Of a stretch of DNA of 64,000 bases, positions 24,276 to 36,650 are shown piece by piece. Made by a program: the position numbers and the translations under genes. Origin of the DNA: Phoronis australis (lineage: Eukaryota; Animalia; Phoronida); assembly GCA_002633005.1 (NCBI GenBank), contig NMRA01000505.1, positions 12,453-76,452 of the forward strand, given 5' to 3'. Position 1 is the stretch's first letter, and every line of letters begins with the position of its first letter. The notes beneath the pieces were generated by a model. The model did no database searches. It was not told the origin of the DNA and saw only the letters and a list, made by a program, of their open reading frames with translations.

Positions 24276-24492
24276 TGTGGGTATAGGTCTATCACGGACC
24301 TATGATGGCAGACCATGAACAGACCAAATTGTGTGGGTATAGGTCTATCACTGACCTATGATGGCAGACCATGAACAGACTAAATTGTGTGGGTATAGAT
24401 CTATCACCGACCAATGATGGCAGACCATGAACAGACCAAATTGTGTGGGTATAGATCTATCACCGACCTATGATGGCAGACCATGAACAGAC
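24276..24492. repeat. 56-bp tandem repeat, ~4 copies, truncated by N at 24493
   Basis: Unit tgtgggtataggtctatcaccgacctatgatggcagaccatgaacagaccaaattg with internal hairpin ataggtc...gacctat. Confidence 0.95.
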
Positions 24493-24493
24493 N

Positions 24494-27449
24494 GATGCTA
24501 TGGCCGGTTGCATGATGCTATGGCCGGTTGCATGATGCTATGGCCGGTTGCATGATGCTATGGCCGGTTGCATGATGCTATGGCCGGTTGCATGATGCTA
24601 TGGCCGGTTGCATGATGCTATGGCCGGTTGCATGATGCTATGGCCGGTTGCATGATGCTATGGCCGGTTGCATGATGCTATGGCCGGTTGCATGATGCTA
24701 TGGCCGGTTGCATGATGCTATGGCCGGTTGCATGATGCTATGGCCGGTTGCATGATGCTATGGCCGGTTGCATGATGCTATGGCCGGTTGCATGATGCTA
24801 TGGCCGGTTGCATGATGCTATGGCCGGTTGCATGATGCTATGGCCGGTTGCATGATGCTATGGCCGGTTGCATGATGCTATGGCCGGTTGCATGATGCTA
24901 TGGCCGGTTGCATGATGCTATGGCCGGTTGCATGATGCTATGGCCGGTTGCATGATGCTATGGCCGGTTGCATGATGCTATGGCCGGTTGCATGATGCTA
25001 TGGCCGGTTGCATGATGCTATGGCCGGTTGCATGATGCTATGGCCGGTTGCATGATGCTATGGCCGGTTGCATGATGCTATGGCCGGTTGCATGATGCTA
25101 TGGCCGGTTGCATGATGCTATGGCCGGTTGCATGATGCTATGGCCGGTTGCATGATGCTATGGCCGGTTGCATGATGCTATGGCCGGTTGCATGATGCTA
25201 TGGCCGGTTGCATGATGCTATGGCCGGTTGCATGATGCTATGGCCGGTTGCATGATGCTATGGCCGGTTGCATGATGCTATGGCCGGTTGCATGATGCTA
25301 TGGCCGGTTGCATGATGCTATGGCCGGTTGCATGATGCTATGGCCGGTTGCATGATGCTATGGCCGGTTGCATGATGCTATGGCCGGTTGCATGATGCTA
25401 TGGCCGGTTGCATGATGCTATGGCCGGTTGCATGATGCTATGGCCGGTTGCATGATGCTATGGCCGGTTGCATGATGCTATGGCCGGTTGCATGATGCTA
25501 TGGCCGGTTGCATGATGCTATGGCCGGTTGCATGATGCTATGGCCGGTTGCATGATGCTATGGCCGGTTGCATGATGCTATGGCCGGTTGCATGATGCTA
25601 TGGCCGGTTGCATGATGCTATGGCCGGTTGCATGATGCTATGGCCGGTTGCATGATGCTATGGCCGGTTGCATGATGCTATGGCCGGTTGCATGATGCTA
25701 TGGCCGGTTGCATGATGCTATGGCCGGTTGCATGATGCTATGGCCGGTTGCATGATGCTATGGCCGGTTGCATGATGCTATGGCCGGTTGCATGATGCTA
25801 TGGCCGGTTGCATGATGCTATGGCCGGTTGCATGATGCTATGGCCGGTTGCATGATGCTATGGCCGGTTGCATGATGCTATGGCCGGTTGCATGATGCTA
25901 TGGCCGGTTGCATGATGCTATGGCCGGTTGCATGATGCTATGGCCGGTTGCATGATGCTATGGCCGGTTGCATGATGCTATGGCCGGTTGCATGATGCTA
26001 TGGCCGGTTGCATGATGCTATGGCCGGTTGCATGATGCTATGGCCGGTTGCATGATGCTATGGCCGGTTGCATGATGCTATGGCCGGTTGCATGATGCTA
26101 TGGCCGGTTGCATGATGCTATGGCCGGTTGCATGATGCTATGGCCGGTTGCATGATGCTATGGCCGGTTGCATGATGCTATGGCCGGTTGCATGATGCTA
26201 TGGCCGGTTGCATGATGCTATGGCCGGTTGCATGATGCTATGGCCGGTTGCATGATGCTATGGCCGGTTGCATGATGCTATGGCCGGTTGCATGATGCTA
26301 TGGCCGGTTGCATGATGCTATGGCCGGTTGCATGATGCTATGGCCGGTTGCATGATGCTATGGCCGGTTGCATGATGCTATGGCCGGTTGCATGATGCTA
26401 TGGCCGGTTGCATGATGCTATGGCCGGTTGCATGATGCTATGGCCGGTTGCATGATGCTATGGCCGGTTGCATGATGCTATGGCCGGTTGCATGATGCTA
26501 TGGCCGGTTGCATGATGCTATGGCCGGTTGCATGATGCTATGGCCGGTTGCATGATGCTATGGCCGGTTGCATGATGCTATGGCCGGTTGCATGATGCTA
26601 TGGCCGGTTGCATGATGCTATGGCCGGTTGCATGATGCTATGGCCGGTTGCATGATGCTATGGCCGGTTGCATGATGCTATGGCCGGTTGCATGATGCTA
26701 TGGCCGGTTGCATGATGCTATGGCCGGTTGCATGATGCTATGGCCGGTTGCATGATGCTATGGCCGGTTGCATGATGCTATGGCCGGTTGCATGATGCTA
26801 TGGCCGGTTGCATGATGCTATGGCCGGTTGCATGATGCTATGGCCGGTTGCATGATGCTATGGCCGGTTGCATGATGCTATGGCCGGTTGCATGATGCTA
26901 TGGCCGGTTGCATGATGCTATGGCCGGTTGCATGATGCTATGGCCGGTTGCATGATGCTATGGCCGGTTGCATGATGCTATGGCCGGTTGCATGATGCTA
27001 TGGCCGGTTGCATGATGCTATGGCCGGTTGCATGATGCTATGGCCGGTTGCATGATGCTATGGCCGGTTGCATGATGCTATGGCCGGTTGCATGATGCTA
27101 TGGCCGGTTGCATGATGCTATGGCCGGTTGCATGATGCTATGGCCGGTTGCATGATGCTATGGCCGGTTGCATGATGCTATGGCCGGTTGCATGATGCTA
27201 TGGCCGGTTGCATGATGCTATGGCCGGTTGCATGATGCTATGGCCGGTTGCATGATGCTATGGCCGGTTGCATGATGCTATGGCCGGTTGCATGATGCTA
27301 TGGCCGGTTGCATGATGCTATGGCCGGTTGCATGATGCTATGGCCGGTTGCATGATGCTATGGCCGGTTGCATGATGCTATGGCCGGTTGCATGATGCTA
27401 TGGCCGGTTGCATGATGCTATGGCCGGTTGCATGATGCTATGGCCGGTT
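24494..27449. repeat. Perfect 20-bp tandem array (gatgctatggccggttgcat)n, ~148 copies
   Basis: No variant unit seen until the last one; starts immediately after an N. Confidence 0.95.
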
Positions 27450-27863
27450 ACATGAAACGGACCCAAATAGGAACCCAACTAAGGTCCCCAAGTCTTTTTG
27501 CGTATTTGTGTCTTTATGGACTCACAGATACAATATTTTCTATGATTTTATTTCTTATTGTGAGCTCCTCTTTGATTAATGACATTTTCTAATAATTGAA
27601 CTAAAAACTGAGCCCAGAGTTCATTGAAAATAAATGGGGACTCAGTCCTTAAATTGGAGTGTTGCATGAAAAGATCCCTAAATATTTTCAATAATATTGA
27701 CAATTCAACGTAGAATTCACTCTCGACTTGTAAGTCAAAAGTTGACTTAGTAATGAAACTAAATCAATTCAAGAAAGGGCAATCGATGTTTTCACAAGTC
27801 TATGCAGTAGATTTAGGGAATTTAGTTGAGTCCCTATTTGGGACCGTTTCATGCAACCGGGCA
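27441..27863. mobile_element. MITE, 423 bp, TA-flanked
   Basis: Left end TGGCCGGTTACATGAAACGGACCCAAATAGG; right end reverse-complements to TGCCCGGTTGCATGAAACGGTCCCAAATAGG; TA on both sides. Confidence 0.85.
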
Positions 27864-28009
27864 TAGGTACCCCCAGTAGGGTCAATATTTTATAACACAA
27901 AGGGTACAGTAGCTACCCAGGTGTCCTTCCAATAGTTTTGATGAGTAGATTTTTGAGAACAGAAAAAGGTCAGTTTTTCAAATTCAGTATCAGTCTAGAC
28001 ATTAACTTT

Positions 28010-28760
28010 TGATGAGAGGCAAAAAAACAGGAGAGTACACTTATTGCTGTAGTCTACAATGGAATCTGAAGTGTCTCTGTTTATAGGAAGCCTTCACTCG
28101 TGGACCAATATTTGGTTTTTGACTCTAAGCCATCTGCTGGTGCACAAATTGGGTGTTATTTGTGCATTATTTTATCATGGTGAATCAGTTTGCACCACTA
28201 TTGAGATGGTCTGTGCTATGAGAGAACGTTTGGGCTATTTTCAGAACCTCGTACAATCGGCCTCGCATTATGAGAACATTTGACAGGGTTTGGTTATTGA
28301 TAGAACCCCTCACCATTTTTCTCGGGATTAAATTAATGTTGCTGTCATGTGTATTAATTAATGGTATTAGAACATTTTGCATGCCTCTTGACACTCTTGA
28401 CTAGTTTAATGCACACCTTGAAAACACCTCAGCGTGGTGATGTTATTGGAGTGGTTGATCACGTTTGTAATAGTGATGGATTTGAAGACTGAACAGCCAC
28501 TCAGAAACCCATTGTGTAGGAGCGCTCTGCAAATGCCAGTGGTTTAAAGAGTGCATATCACTGAAGTGCACGCGTCACTTGTTGAAGGCAGCAGATGTCA
28601 GAGTAGTGGACAGAGGGAGTTCTTGATTTGAGAGAGGTGTCAGCGAGTATGTCTGGGTTAAAGGTTAAACACAAGAATTTATCTCTGAATAGACACCAGT
28701 GTGTTCGGTTTAAGTTGTTTGACTCATGACCCAGGGCCTTGCAGTTGTTGTCTGAATACT
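28010..28760 (+). pseudogene. Penelope-like retroelement fossil (RT C-terminus plus GIY-YIG remnant)
   Basis: Frameshifted peptides SVYRKPSLVDQYLVFDS / HLLVHKLGVICALF and DVRVVDRGSS*FERGVSEYVWVK match the Penelope motifs VYRKPTHTDQYL.FDSHHP..HKLGVI and ILDRE..WFERGVKEAI. Confidence 0.75.
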
Positions 28761-28884
28761 GGCTAAGGGCAATGAAATGTTTGCGAGAACCAGTCAGTCA
28801 TCCATCCCTAGCAGAAGAAGCCAATGTAGTCCACAGTATAGGGACAATTCTTATAGAGAAAGGTCTGCAAGTTGCGATTTATGA

Positions 28885-30330
28885 TTTTTATGTGCCCACC
28901 TATTTATATTTGGATGCATTATGCTAACACTCACGTCAGTTTGGCGTCTGCTGCTCTAACTCCATAACCCTTCAACGCATGTTCATGAAATTGTGCACAT
29001 GTGTTCCTTTCATGGATGGGACGGCATGAGTGAACTTTTGGACGGATTCGACTATGGGTGTGTCCCCTAGTGGCAATTTTAGTTTTTTACGTTTACCTCT
29101 TATCTTCAAAGGTCCTCAACGGATTTTCATAAAATTTGGCATATAGGCATCTATTAGACAAGTGAAGTGACGCTATCCATCTGTTTTCGGATGGATACTA
29201 GGTATTTTGCACCACCTAGTGGCCATTTTCACTGTTTTTGAGTCAGTTTTTTGGCGTCCGCCCCTCTATCAACCATACCGCTCTAAGGATGATTGTGAAA
29301 ATTTGCATGTATGCTTGACCATGAAGAGGACTCCCGGCAATGATTTTCAGACGACTTCTGCTACTGTGGCGCTTCCTAGAGGCAGTTTTGTTTTGCGCCT
29401 ATGGCTGTATCTCCTAAACCCTCTGCAGGATCTTAACTAAATTTAGAAAGTGTATTCATATGAAGTTGAGAATGGTTGACACCGACTTTCTGATGAATAT
29501 GACTACCGGTGTGCCCCCTAGTGGCAATTTTAGTTATTTATGTTTACCTCTGTATCTTGAAAGGTCCTCAACGGATTTTCATAAAATCTGGAATATAGGC
29601 ATCTGTTGGTGAAGTGACGGTATTCTTTTGTTTTTGGATGGATTTGAGGTATTTTGAGCCACCTAGAGGCCATTTTTGCTGTTTTCGAGTCAGTTGTTTG
29701 GCGTCTGTCCCTATGTCAACCAAACCACTCTAAGGATGATATTTGAAATTGACAAGTATGTTCCTAATGTGAAGGGGACGGCTGGCTATTATTTTCCGAT
29801 GACTGTGGCGCCTCCTAGTGGCAGTTTTGTCCACCCCCTCTATCAACCAAACCATTCTAAGGATGATTTTGAAAATTGGGTATATGTTCTCAGTGTGAAG
29901 AGGATGGTTGATGATGACGACTTTGACTACTGTGGTGCCTTCTGGTGGCAGTTTTGTTTTTGTTTTGCGCCCATAGATGTATCTCCTAAATGCACTGCAG
30001 AATCGTTATTAAATTTAGTTAGTGTATTTATATGAAGTTAATAACAGAAGACGATGACTTTTAGACGGATCCGACGAACGCTGTTCTCCCTAGGGGCAAT
30101 TTCATTTTTTCCGTTTTCCTTCGTTTCTCTGAAGCTCCTTGAAACATTTTTCTGAAATTTATGAAATAGCTTTCTATTAAAGTAACAATGGCATGTTTCG
30201 AACTTCGAAGGGATTCGATGCACTTTGCGCCATCTAGTGGCAATTTTTATGATACAAATAAGCAACCCTAGAAGTACACCGTTTGTTGTGCATTCGTGGG
30301 TGCATTTCAACGCTCAGCGTTACTCTTATT
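28885..30330 (+). mobile_element. Helentron-associated (HINE/DINE-1/pearl-like) element with internal tandem array
   Basis: T-run then subTIR atgtgcccac at the 5' end; gtgggtgcat plus hairpin aacgctcagcgtt at the 3' end; internal ~450-bp units made of ~150-bp subunits. Confidence 0.75.
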
Positions 30331-31339
30331 ATGCATCTAGGTGTTTACCTTGGGTGAATGATAAAATCTATTGTCTAGCTGGAAAGCATTATATTGGGGG
30401 TAAAAATATTAATATTTGATACATTTAAATTTATACAAATGCAACAAGAATTTCGGTGATTTATGCAAGATCGCCATTGTAATTTTAAAAATAGATAAAT
30501 ATAAAATTTTCAATATAAGTGTATGATGATACTTGCCTATTATTACATGTTCAACTGATATGGATAACCAATAAGGTTTTTTGAATCAAGAATATGGTGT
30601 TAGGTGTGTCCGCGTAGTCAATGGAAGATTTGGCAACATCATTCCATTATGAAATTTAGAAAGTTTTTTCGTATATAAACCATATTGTTACTGGTATGAA
30701 GTGTTCCGAGTGTCAGATGGTGCCAATAAGCTGAAATTTGGAGCAAACATTTCTGACTGAATTTCCCAATTTTTTCCCCAGAACATGACCAAGCCAGACA
30801 TAAAACAAACTGTTTCACCTTTATTTTGACTAAGCTAGACATAAGTCATAATGTTTCCCCTATAACTTGACAGAGCCAGGCATAACGCAGTGTTTCATCT
30901 TTTTCCATGTAGACGAAGGATGTATTGGTTTCAGTAAACGATTATGAATCATTTCCGTGATTGAGAGAGTCTGAGTGGTTTCAATTAAAGTTTCAGACCA
31001 AACAGACATTGATGATTGAAAGGCTGTTGTTACAGCTCTCCTTTTTTGTGGTTAATCATTACCGATTGGGCCACTTGAAAATCAGTGTATTCACTGAAGT
31101 GGTCAACCAGTCTTTTAAAGAAGTTTAAATAAATAAATCACAAGCTGTGAAACAGTAATAAGTAACACCACAGGCATAGCTTCACATTCAAACTTGCACA
31201 ATAAATTATTGAGAAAATGTAACTGTTTGTTAGCTTCCAAACTTAGTTGTTGTGTGACCTTCTAGGTATGAATATTTTTCTGTATATAGTGTCATTTTGT
31301 GGTACTCAAATTCAATTTAACTATCTTGCACACATGTAG

Positions 31340-31419
31340 CAAAGGTGCACCCAGGGGTCGTGGTGGCGGAGGTGGCGATCGGTTTTTGGGACGTTCAAGA
31401 GATGAAGATGAATTTAGAG
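31340..31419 (+). CDS. RBMX: RBMX-like Gly/Arg-rich exon (KGAPRGRGGGGGDRFLGRSRDEDEFR)
   Basis: catgtag acceptor, RGG content, donor G|gtaccg; frame continuous with downstream exons. Starts in phase 2, so an upstream exon is missing. Confidence 0.75.
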
Positions 31420-31662
31420 GTACCGATGTTGTCTGCTCTTAAGATATTTTTGGTAGAATATTTTTCATGAAAACCCATTATTCTGGTTTTGTGTCAAATA
31501 TCCGTAAATTATTGTTTGATAACTTTATTCACGAAATTGTTCCCATTTCGTAGCTACCATTTGTAGATTTGCAGTTGAATCACAATACTTCAAATATAGT
31601 CTTTTAACTGAAATGCTGTGCACAACTTATTTAAGTGCGCTGAAACTGTGCGTCTCTTGCAG

Positions 31663-31738
31663 ACTCTTTCCGCCCGTCAAGTCGACGTCCAGGGTATGAT
31701 GGTGATGGTCATCCCTTTGGCAGACCCCGATCTCCAAG
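31663..31738 (+). CDS. RBMX: RBMX-like exon (DSFRPSSRRPGYDGDGHPFGRPRSPR)
   Basis: ctcttgcag acceptor, AG|gttggt donor; phases 1 and 2 fit both neighbours. Confidence 0.8.
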
Positions 31739-31963
31739 GTTGGTCATGTCTACATCTACTGCTTCTAGTGAATGTATGAAGAAATGGATTGTGATGTTGA
31801 ATCTACTGATGAAGGGCTTTACACTTTCCATGTTTTTTAACCAAATTCAGAGGTTATTCTTAACCCTCTTCTATGTTATGAAACTGCTGGCAAGGTGTAT
31901 TAACTTGTGTTGCCCCATCTATTGTCACCAATGTTGTCTAGTGAAAAGTTTGTTATTTTCCAG

Positions 31964-32548
31964 GGATGCTTTTCCACCAGATAGACCGAGAAGACGAGAG
32001 TTTCCTTTGGAACCAAGAGATTATCTGGCAGAGCGAAGAGGTTTTCCTCCTGAGAGAAGGGATTTCCCTTCAGAGAGACGGGAACCTCCTCATGAAAGGA
32101 GGGACTTCCCTCCAGACAGAAGAGATTTACCTCCTGAAAGAAGAAGCTTTCCACCAGAACGCCGGGAAGTTCGACCTGAGATGAGAGAACGGGAAATAAT
32201 TGGTTACGGTGAACGGAGAGGGTATCCTGCACCGAGAAGAGATGTCCTCCCTGCAGGTAGAGATGATCCATTTGACAGGAGAGATGTAGCTGTTGAGAGA
32301 AGGGAGATCCCTGAGCGACACAGTAGAGATTTTGCTCCTGAAAGACGTCGCTCATTTTCAGATGATCGAGGGATGATGGCGCCATCCAGAGGTTTTTTAC
32401 CAGACAGACGTGAGCGTGAGTCAGCACGTGATTATGTTGTTGATAGAGATCCTGCACGTGATTATCTGTCACCTAGAGAACCTGCTGGACGAGATCACAC
32501 TAGGGAGTTAACACCTCGAGGACTGCCCAGAGAGCAACCTATGTTAAG
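31964..32548 (+). CDS. RBMX: RBMX-like large exon with R/E/D/P-rich repeats (PPERRDF heptads, RDY motifs)
   Basis: ttttccag acceptor, open frame within ORF 31740..32567, AG|gtatta donor; RDY motifs as in the RBMX low-complexity region. Confidence 0.85.
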
Positions 32549-32700
32549 GTATTACTTTTCCATGTAACATTGTCTACTGTCAGAAAGAGTTAACATCTAA
32601 GATTGTAGAATGTTTTTGAGTTTTGGTGTGCGTCGATATACACATATTTTTATGGCATTGGCAAGGTAAGACATGAATCTTGAATGTTTGTCTATTTCAG

Positions 32701-32774
32701 GAGTTTTGGTAATGGCCATGAGGTATCTGCTAGGTCACCATTTGAGCGGGAATATGCTGTCCCTGAGCCTAGAG
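32701..32774 (+). CDS. RBMX: RBMX-like exon (SFGNGHEVSARSPFEREYAVPEPR)
   Basis: tatttcag acceptor, G|gtaaat donor, phase-compatible (2 to 1). Confidence 0.8.
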
Positions 32775-35072
32775 GTAAATTAATTATTAGTGCATTTTAA
32801 TTTGCCAAATGTTTCCTATCCAAAATTTCCCCATAGGTAACTGAATATGCAAATTTTGAATTGGTGCATTTACTCTTTAATATAAGTGTATTGAAGACAG
32901 TGATGTCTGGGCAAGAGAAGAATTTACACTATGTTGTTGCTTGATACTCAGCCACTGCCCAAGGTATGAGTAGTAGGGCTTCATACTGAGCAACTGGTAC
33001 ATATTGATTGTGAATATAGAAATGTGTAAAACACGGATACCTAAGAGCTCGTTTTCTTAATGACCCACACAATTTTGGGTTTATTAATCATGTTAAAGAA
33101 CTTATGAACACCAATTTGAATTTCCTTAATAACCTTCAGCCTGTTTTGAGAACGGTGACATTTTCCTCGGTATATCGACGATATGTACTACGTGATCGTT
33201 AATGAAATTTAGTCTTGAAATTTGAGTTTGCCCAGTTCAGAGCATGTACGTCTCAATTGAAGGAATAACCTAATAACGCAATGTAATAACACGATCAAGG
33301 CCAAAAACTAACCAAGCGTTTCTGAAATTATCAACGAGATTGCCATTAAAACACCGTATCAGTCAGAAAGTATCGATAACGGAATGTACTCATCATTCTT
33401 TATGGTGAGCCAACCAAATCATCATATTTGATTTAGCCTGCCAGCTAAGTACATTTTGTCATCTTAACTGTTTTGACCTTGGTGTCATGTCTGCGACAGC
33501 GTCCGTGTCATCCAGTAATCTGACAGCTAATCACTGCGAAATGCTTACAATTGAGCACAGGAGTGAAAATTTCACGAAGCTTAAAACCATTACCGTAAAC
33601 TCGTGCGTTAACACCCATTCCCGGATAATGGATAATCCCACATCTGATTTTTGCCAGATTTCCACGTAAGGGCCCAGTAATCGCCTATCCCCTCTTTGTG
33701 CAAATTTCAGTTTCTTGGGTAATTGCTCATCCCAACTTACCGCTAACAGAACTTGAGCTTGAACTTGTGCTTTTGTTCTCAGATTTGCTTCGAGCTCGGA
33801 CTTGTGTTTGCAGGAAACACGGGATGCTTTTGCCTATGTATGATAGCCTCAAAAAGTGTGTTTTTAGCTGACATTTGTGGAATAATTTAAGCGCTACAAC
33901 TACTTTTTCTTAAAATTATTAACTTCTCTTTTGTTAAATTTATACTAGCCAACTCCGTAGATTTTAGAACTGCTGCTTTTCTACTACGAGATTAGTCATC
34001 CAGTAATGATCCTGATCAGACTGAAGTTATTTGCCTGTACAAGTTGCACGCACAGAGCACTTGATTTTGCTAGATTTATCTCCTGGATCCACCCAGATTT
34101 GAACTGCGCAATTAATCACGCCCCCTCTTTGTGCAAAAGCAAAGTTTGACTTGGACTGTGAACGAATCATCTGTGTTTTAGTCGAGGAAACAAAATGTAG
34201 TCACGCTCATTGATCTGCAACAGTACTTGCAGGTATGGTAAGTGGACTGCCATTCAAGTTTCATAAAGTTCCAGGTATTACATTTCGCAGCGCGCAAATA
34301 TATTTGAAATCATCTGAGTTTTAGCAAGTCACACAAAATTATCCTTTGAAAGTTGAAATTCTGTTTCTGTTTGAGCCGTGAGAAACTTTGTGGTTGTCGG
34401 CTTCCGCTGATTGACCAAACCTACAAATTCTGGGGTCGAATGAACATCCCCTGCATTTGCCCAGTTCGACCAAAATTGTGTCGTAAGCAGCAACTCCTCG
34501 GGTTATCGCCCTCGCATGACTTTTGCCAATTTTCGTTTTAAGTGCCTACTGCTTGGTAATTGCCCACCCCCTTGTCTTAGGGTTTCCCAATTTAAATGCC
34601 CAATGTGTTAACCCTCGAGTTTACGGTAAGTAACATTTAATTGAGGTTGCTAAGGTGCGATATTCAGGAAACGAGCGTAGTTGAAAAGGACATCTGAACT
34701 GCAAGTGTCGTTAGTCTCCTGCGCTTTATTTCGCTGACTTTAATGGATACCGTTAGAGACAGAGTGATGATTCCGTGCAGCCACATCTCGTTGGAGGCTT
34801 TAAACAAAACAGAATGTGCAGTTTGATCCTCGTTGATGTGCCGTAAGTTCACCATCCCTGTAGTCAGAAGCTTTCAACATTAAACAACCAGAAAAACTCT
34901 GGAATAAGGCACCTTAGATTGGGAAAACAACCACAGACTGCAAACATTTGGCGAACTTGTTAGAGCATATTGCAAACAAGTGCTAATCAATGCAAAAAAT
35001 GTAAAATTACTTCAGCATCAAAAAGCGATTGTTTGCTTAACCATAAACTGTTTGAAATTTTGAATTGAATAG

Positions 35073-35362
35073 GACCAAGAGATCCTTATGGAGATCGTGA
35101 GCCAGCACCAAGGAGCATCCCACGTGGGGCGTACCCACCTACTCGTGGTGGGCCCCGCGATGACCCACTCGGTCCCCCTCCTGCACGCGAGTCAGGCAGG
35201 GGTGCTAGAGAGATGTATTCTCTTGATGATGCAGGGTTTGGGAGAGATCCCTATCCCCCGAGGCGGTCAGGCGGACCCTTCACTGATGATCCGCCTGCGA
35301 AAAGACCCAGAGGTCCTTCTCACCCCGCACGAGGTGGCGGTCTATCTCGTTATGGCCGTTAG
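35073..35362 (+). CDS. RBMX: RBMX-like terminal coding exon (GPRDPYGDRE...PPAKRPRGPSHPARGGGLSRYGR*)
   Basis: gaatag acceptor, phase 1 join, TAG at 35360-35362. C-terminus RGGGLSRY resembles RBMX RGGGRSRY; PPAKRPR is NLS-like. Confidence 0.85.
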
Positions 35363-36650
35363 TGTGAATTTGAAGATTTCGCAAATGAATTATTGGGAGC
35401 TTTTACTGAATGCTGTTACAAGGCAATCACTAATCAAGACGAGTAGATGAGAATGACTGATTTTAAAAAGTGTTAGTTCAGTTTAGACCATTTTAGTTTC
35501 AATATCGTATCTTTTTAGCGAGACAAATGTTTAATCATTATATGAAGGTATTAATGATGAATGCATGAGTTCGTGGATTTCAACAGTTGTATAAGATCAC
35601 ATTTTATATTAAACGTATTTCCTAATGGAGAGTTTTTCACACTGTTTAGTGCTAAAGCAGTTTAACTGCTGGAAACAATTCACATAACCAAAGCGGAGTA
35701 ACGTTGTTTAGCTTTCGTAGTCTACAAAGTGCCGAAAGGTGTTCATGGCGTATGAGGTAATTCGTGAAGAAGACATGGCGACTGTATACACACATCATAC
35801 TCGCATATCCCTATATGTTTTGATATGACTGGACTGGTTAACGTAGGGAATATATGCCAGTTGATTTGAATTAACCAAGGTGGCTCATTCGTGTAGTGCT
35901 GTTACGATACCAACGTGTATTGGGCATGTTTTCGTGTCAGTTACCGAGAATTAACTATTTCGTGTTTTCACAGAACTGCGGTTGTCTGGATATCGTAAGT
36001 TGAGGATCTGAAATGACACGTTAAAATGAGATGAGCTTGACAACGTGTTTTGTACACTTATTGAGTAGTATTTTGTGGATCTGTACCCACACAGAGGCAC
36101 AAACTATATGTCGAAATTGAATTGATGGTGTAAATACCAGTATCCTTTCAAATGTACAAGACTACTTACTTCCGAGCCGTGAATGTCACCCAGCTGTTGG
36201 GAGACTACCATTGTGAACTCGAAGACTGTTATAAAGTTAGCGTGCACACGTAGCAAGCACCATTGTTTGAAAACTGTTGTTTTGACTAGTGTTTTGCTTC
36301 TTCAATTAACTTGTTAGACGTGATCACATGGTGAACAATATGGAGATCAACAGAATGATTTACTTGATTCACATCTACTGGCGATGCATGGCATTTCAAT
36401 TACATTGAAAAGCACTATTGCCATATGACTACTAGTTATATCATATTTCGTCCTTCATCGGCACATTTTTGTGTTAACCGGAGTTCCGTCTGTTCTTAGC
36501 ACAAATTACTGTAACGTCCAGAATTAAGTTCTACACTGTCTGAATCAGTGATTGGAGGGAGGTGAGTGACAACGAAGAGATTCATCAAAAGCTATAAAAA
36601 GGTCACCAAGAGGCACTATGTGTAATAAATCCGACTTATATAGGGCTTGC
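35363..36650 (+). other. Probable 3' UTR of the RBMX-like gene with candidate polyA signal
   Basis: Apparently unique sequence after the stop; AATAAA at 36624-36629. Confidence 0.4.

Noticed and set aside
22752-27449. CRISPR-like arrays (28-bp palindromic repeat and 20-bp repeat)
   Set aside because: Units are head-to-tail with no unique spacers, there are no cas genes, and the context is a spliceosomal intron.
31900-32472. 190-aa minus-strand ORF
   Set aside because: Antisense shadow of the repetitive coding exon.
32895-33000. Possible intronic C/D snoRNA (GTGATGT…CTGA), since vertebrate RBMX hosts SNORD61
   Set aside because: Imperfect C box, no guide I can match to rRNA, and the sequence resembles a SINE core remnant. 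A snoscan or Infernal search would be needed.
35088-35450. 120-aa ORF MEIVSQHQ…
   Set aside because: Alternative frame over the terminal exon; splice phase and RBMX-like composition support the other frame.
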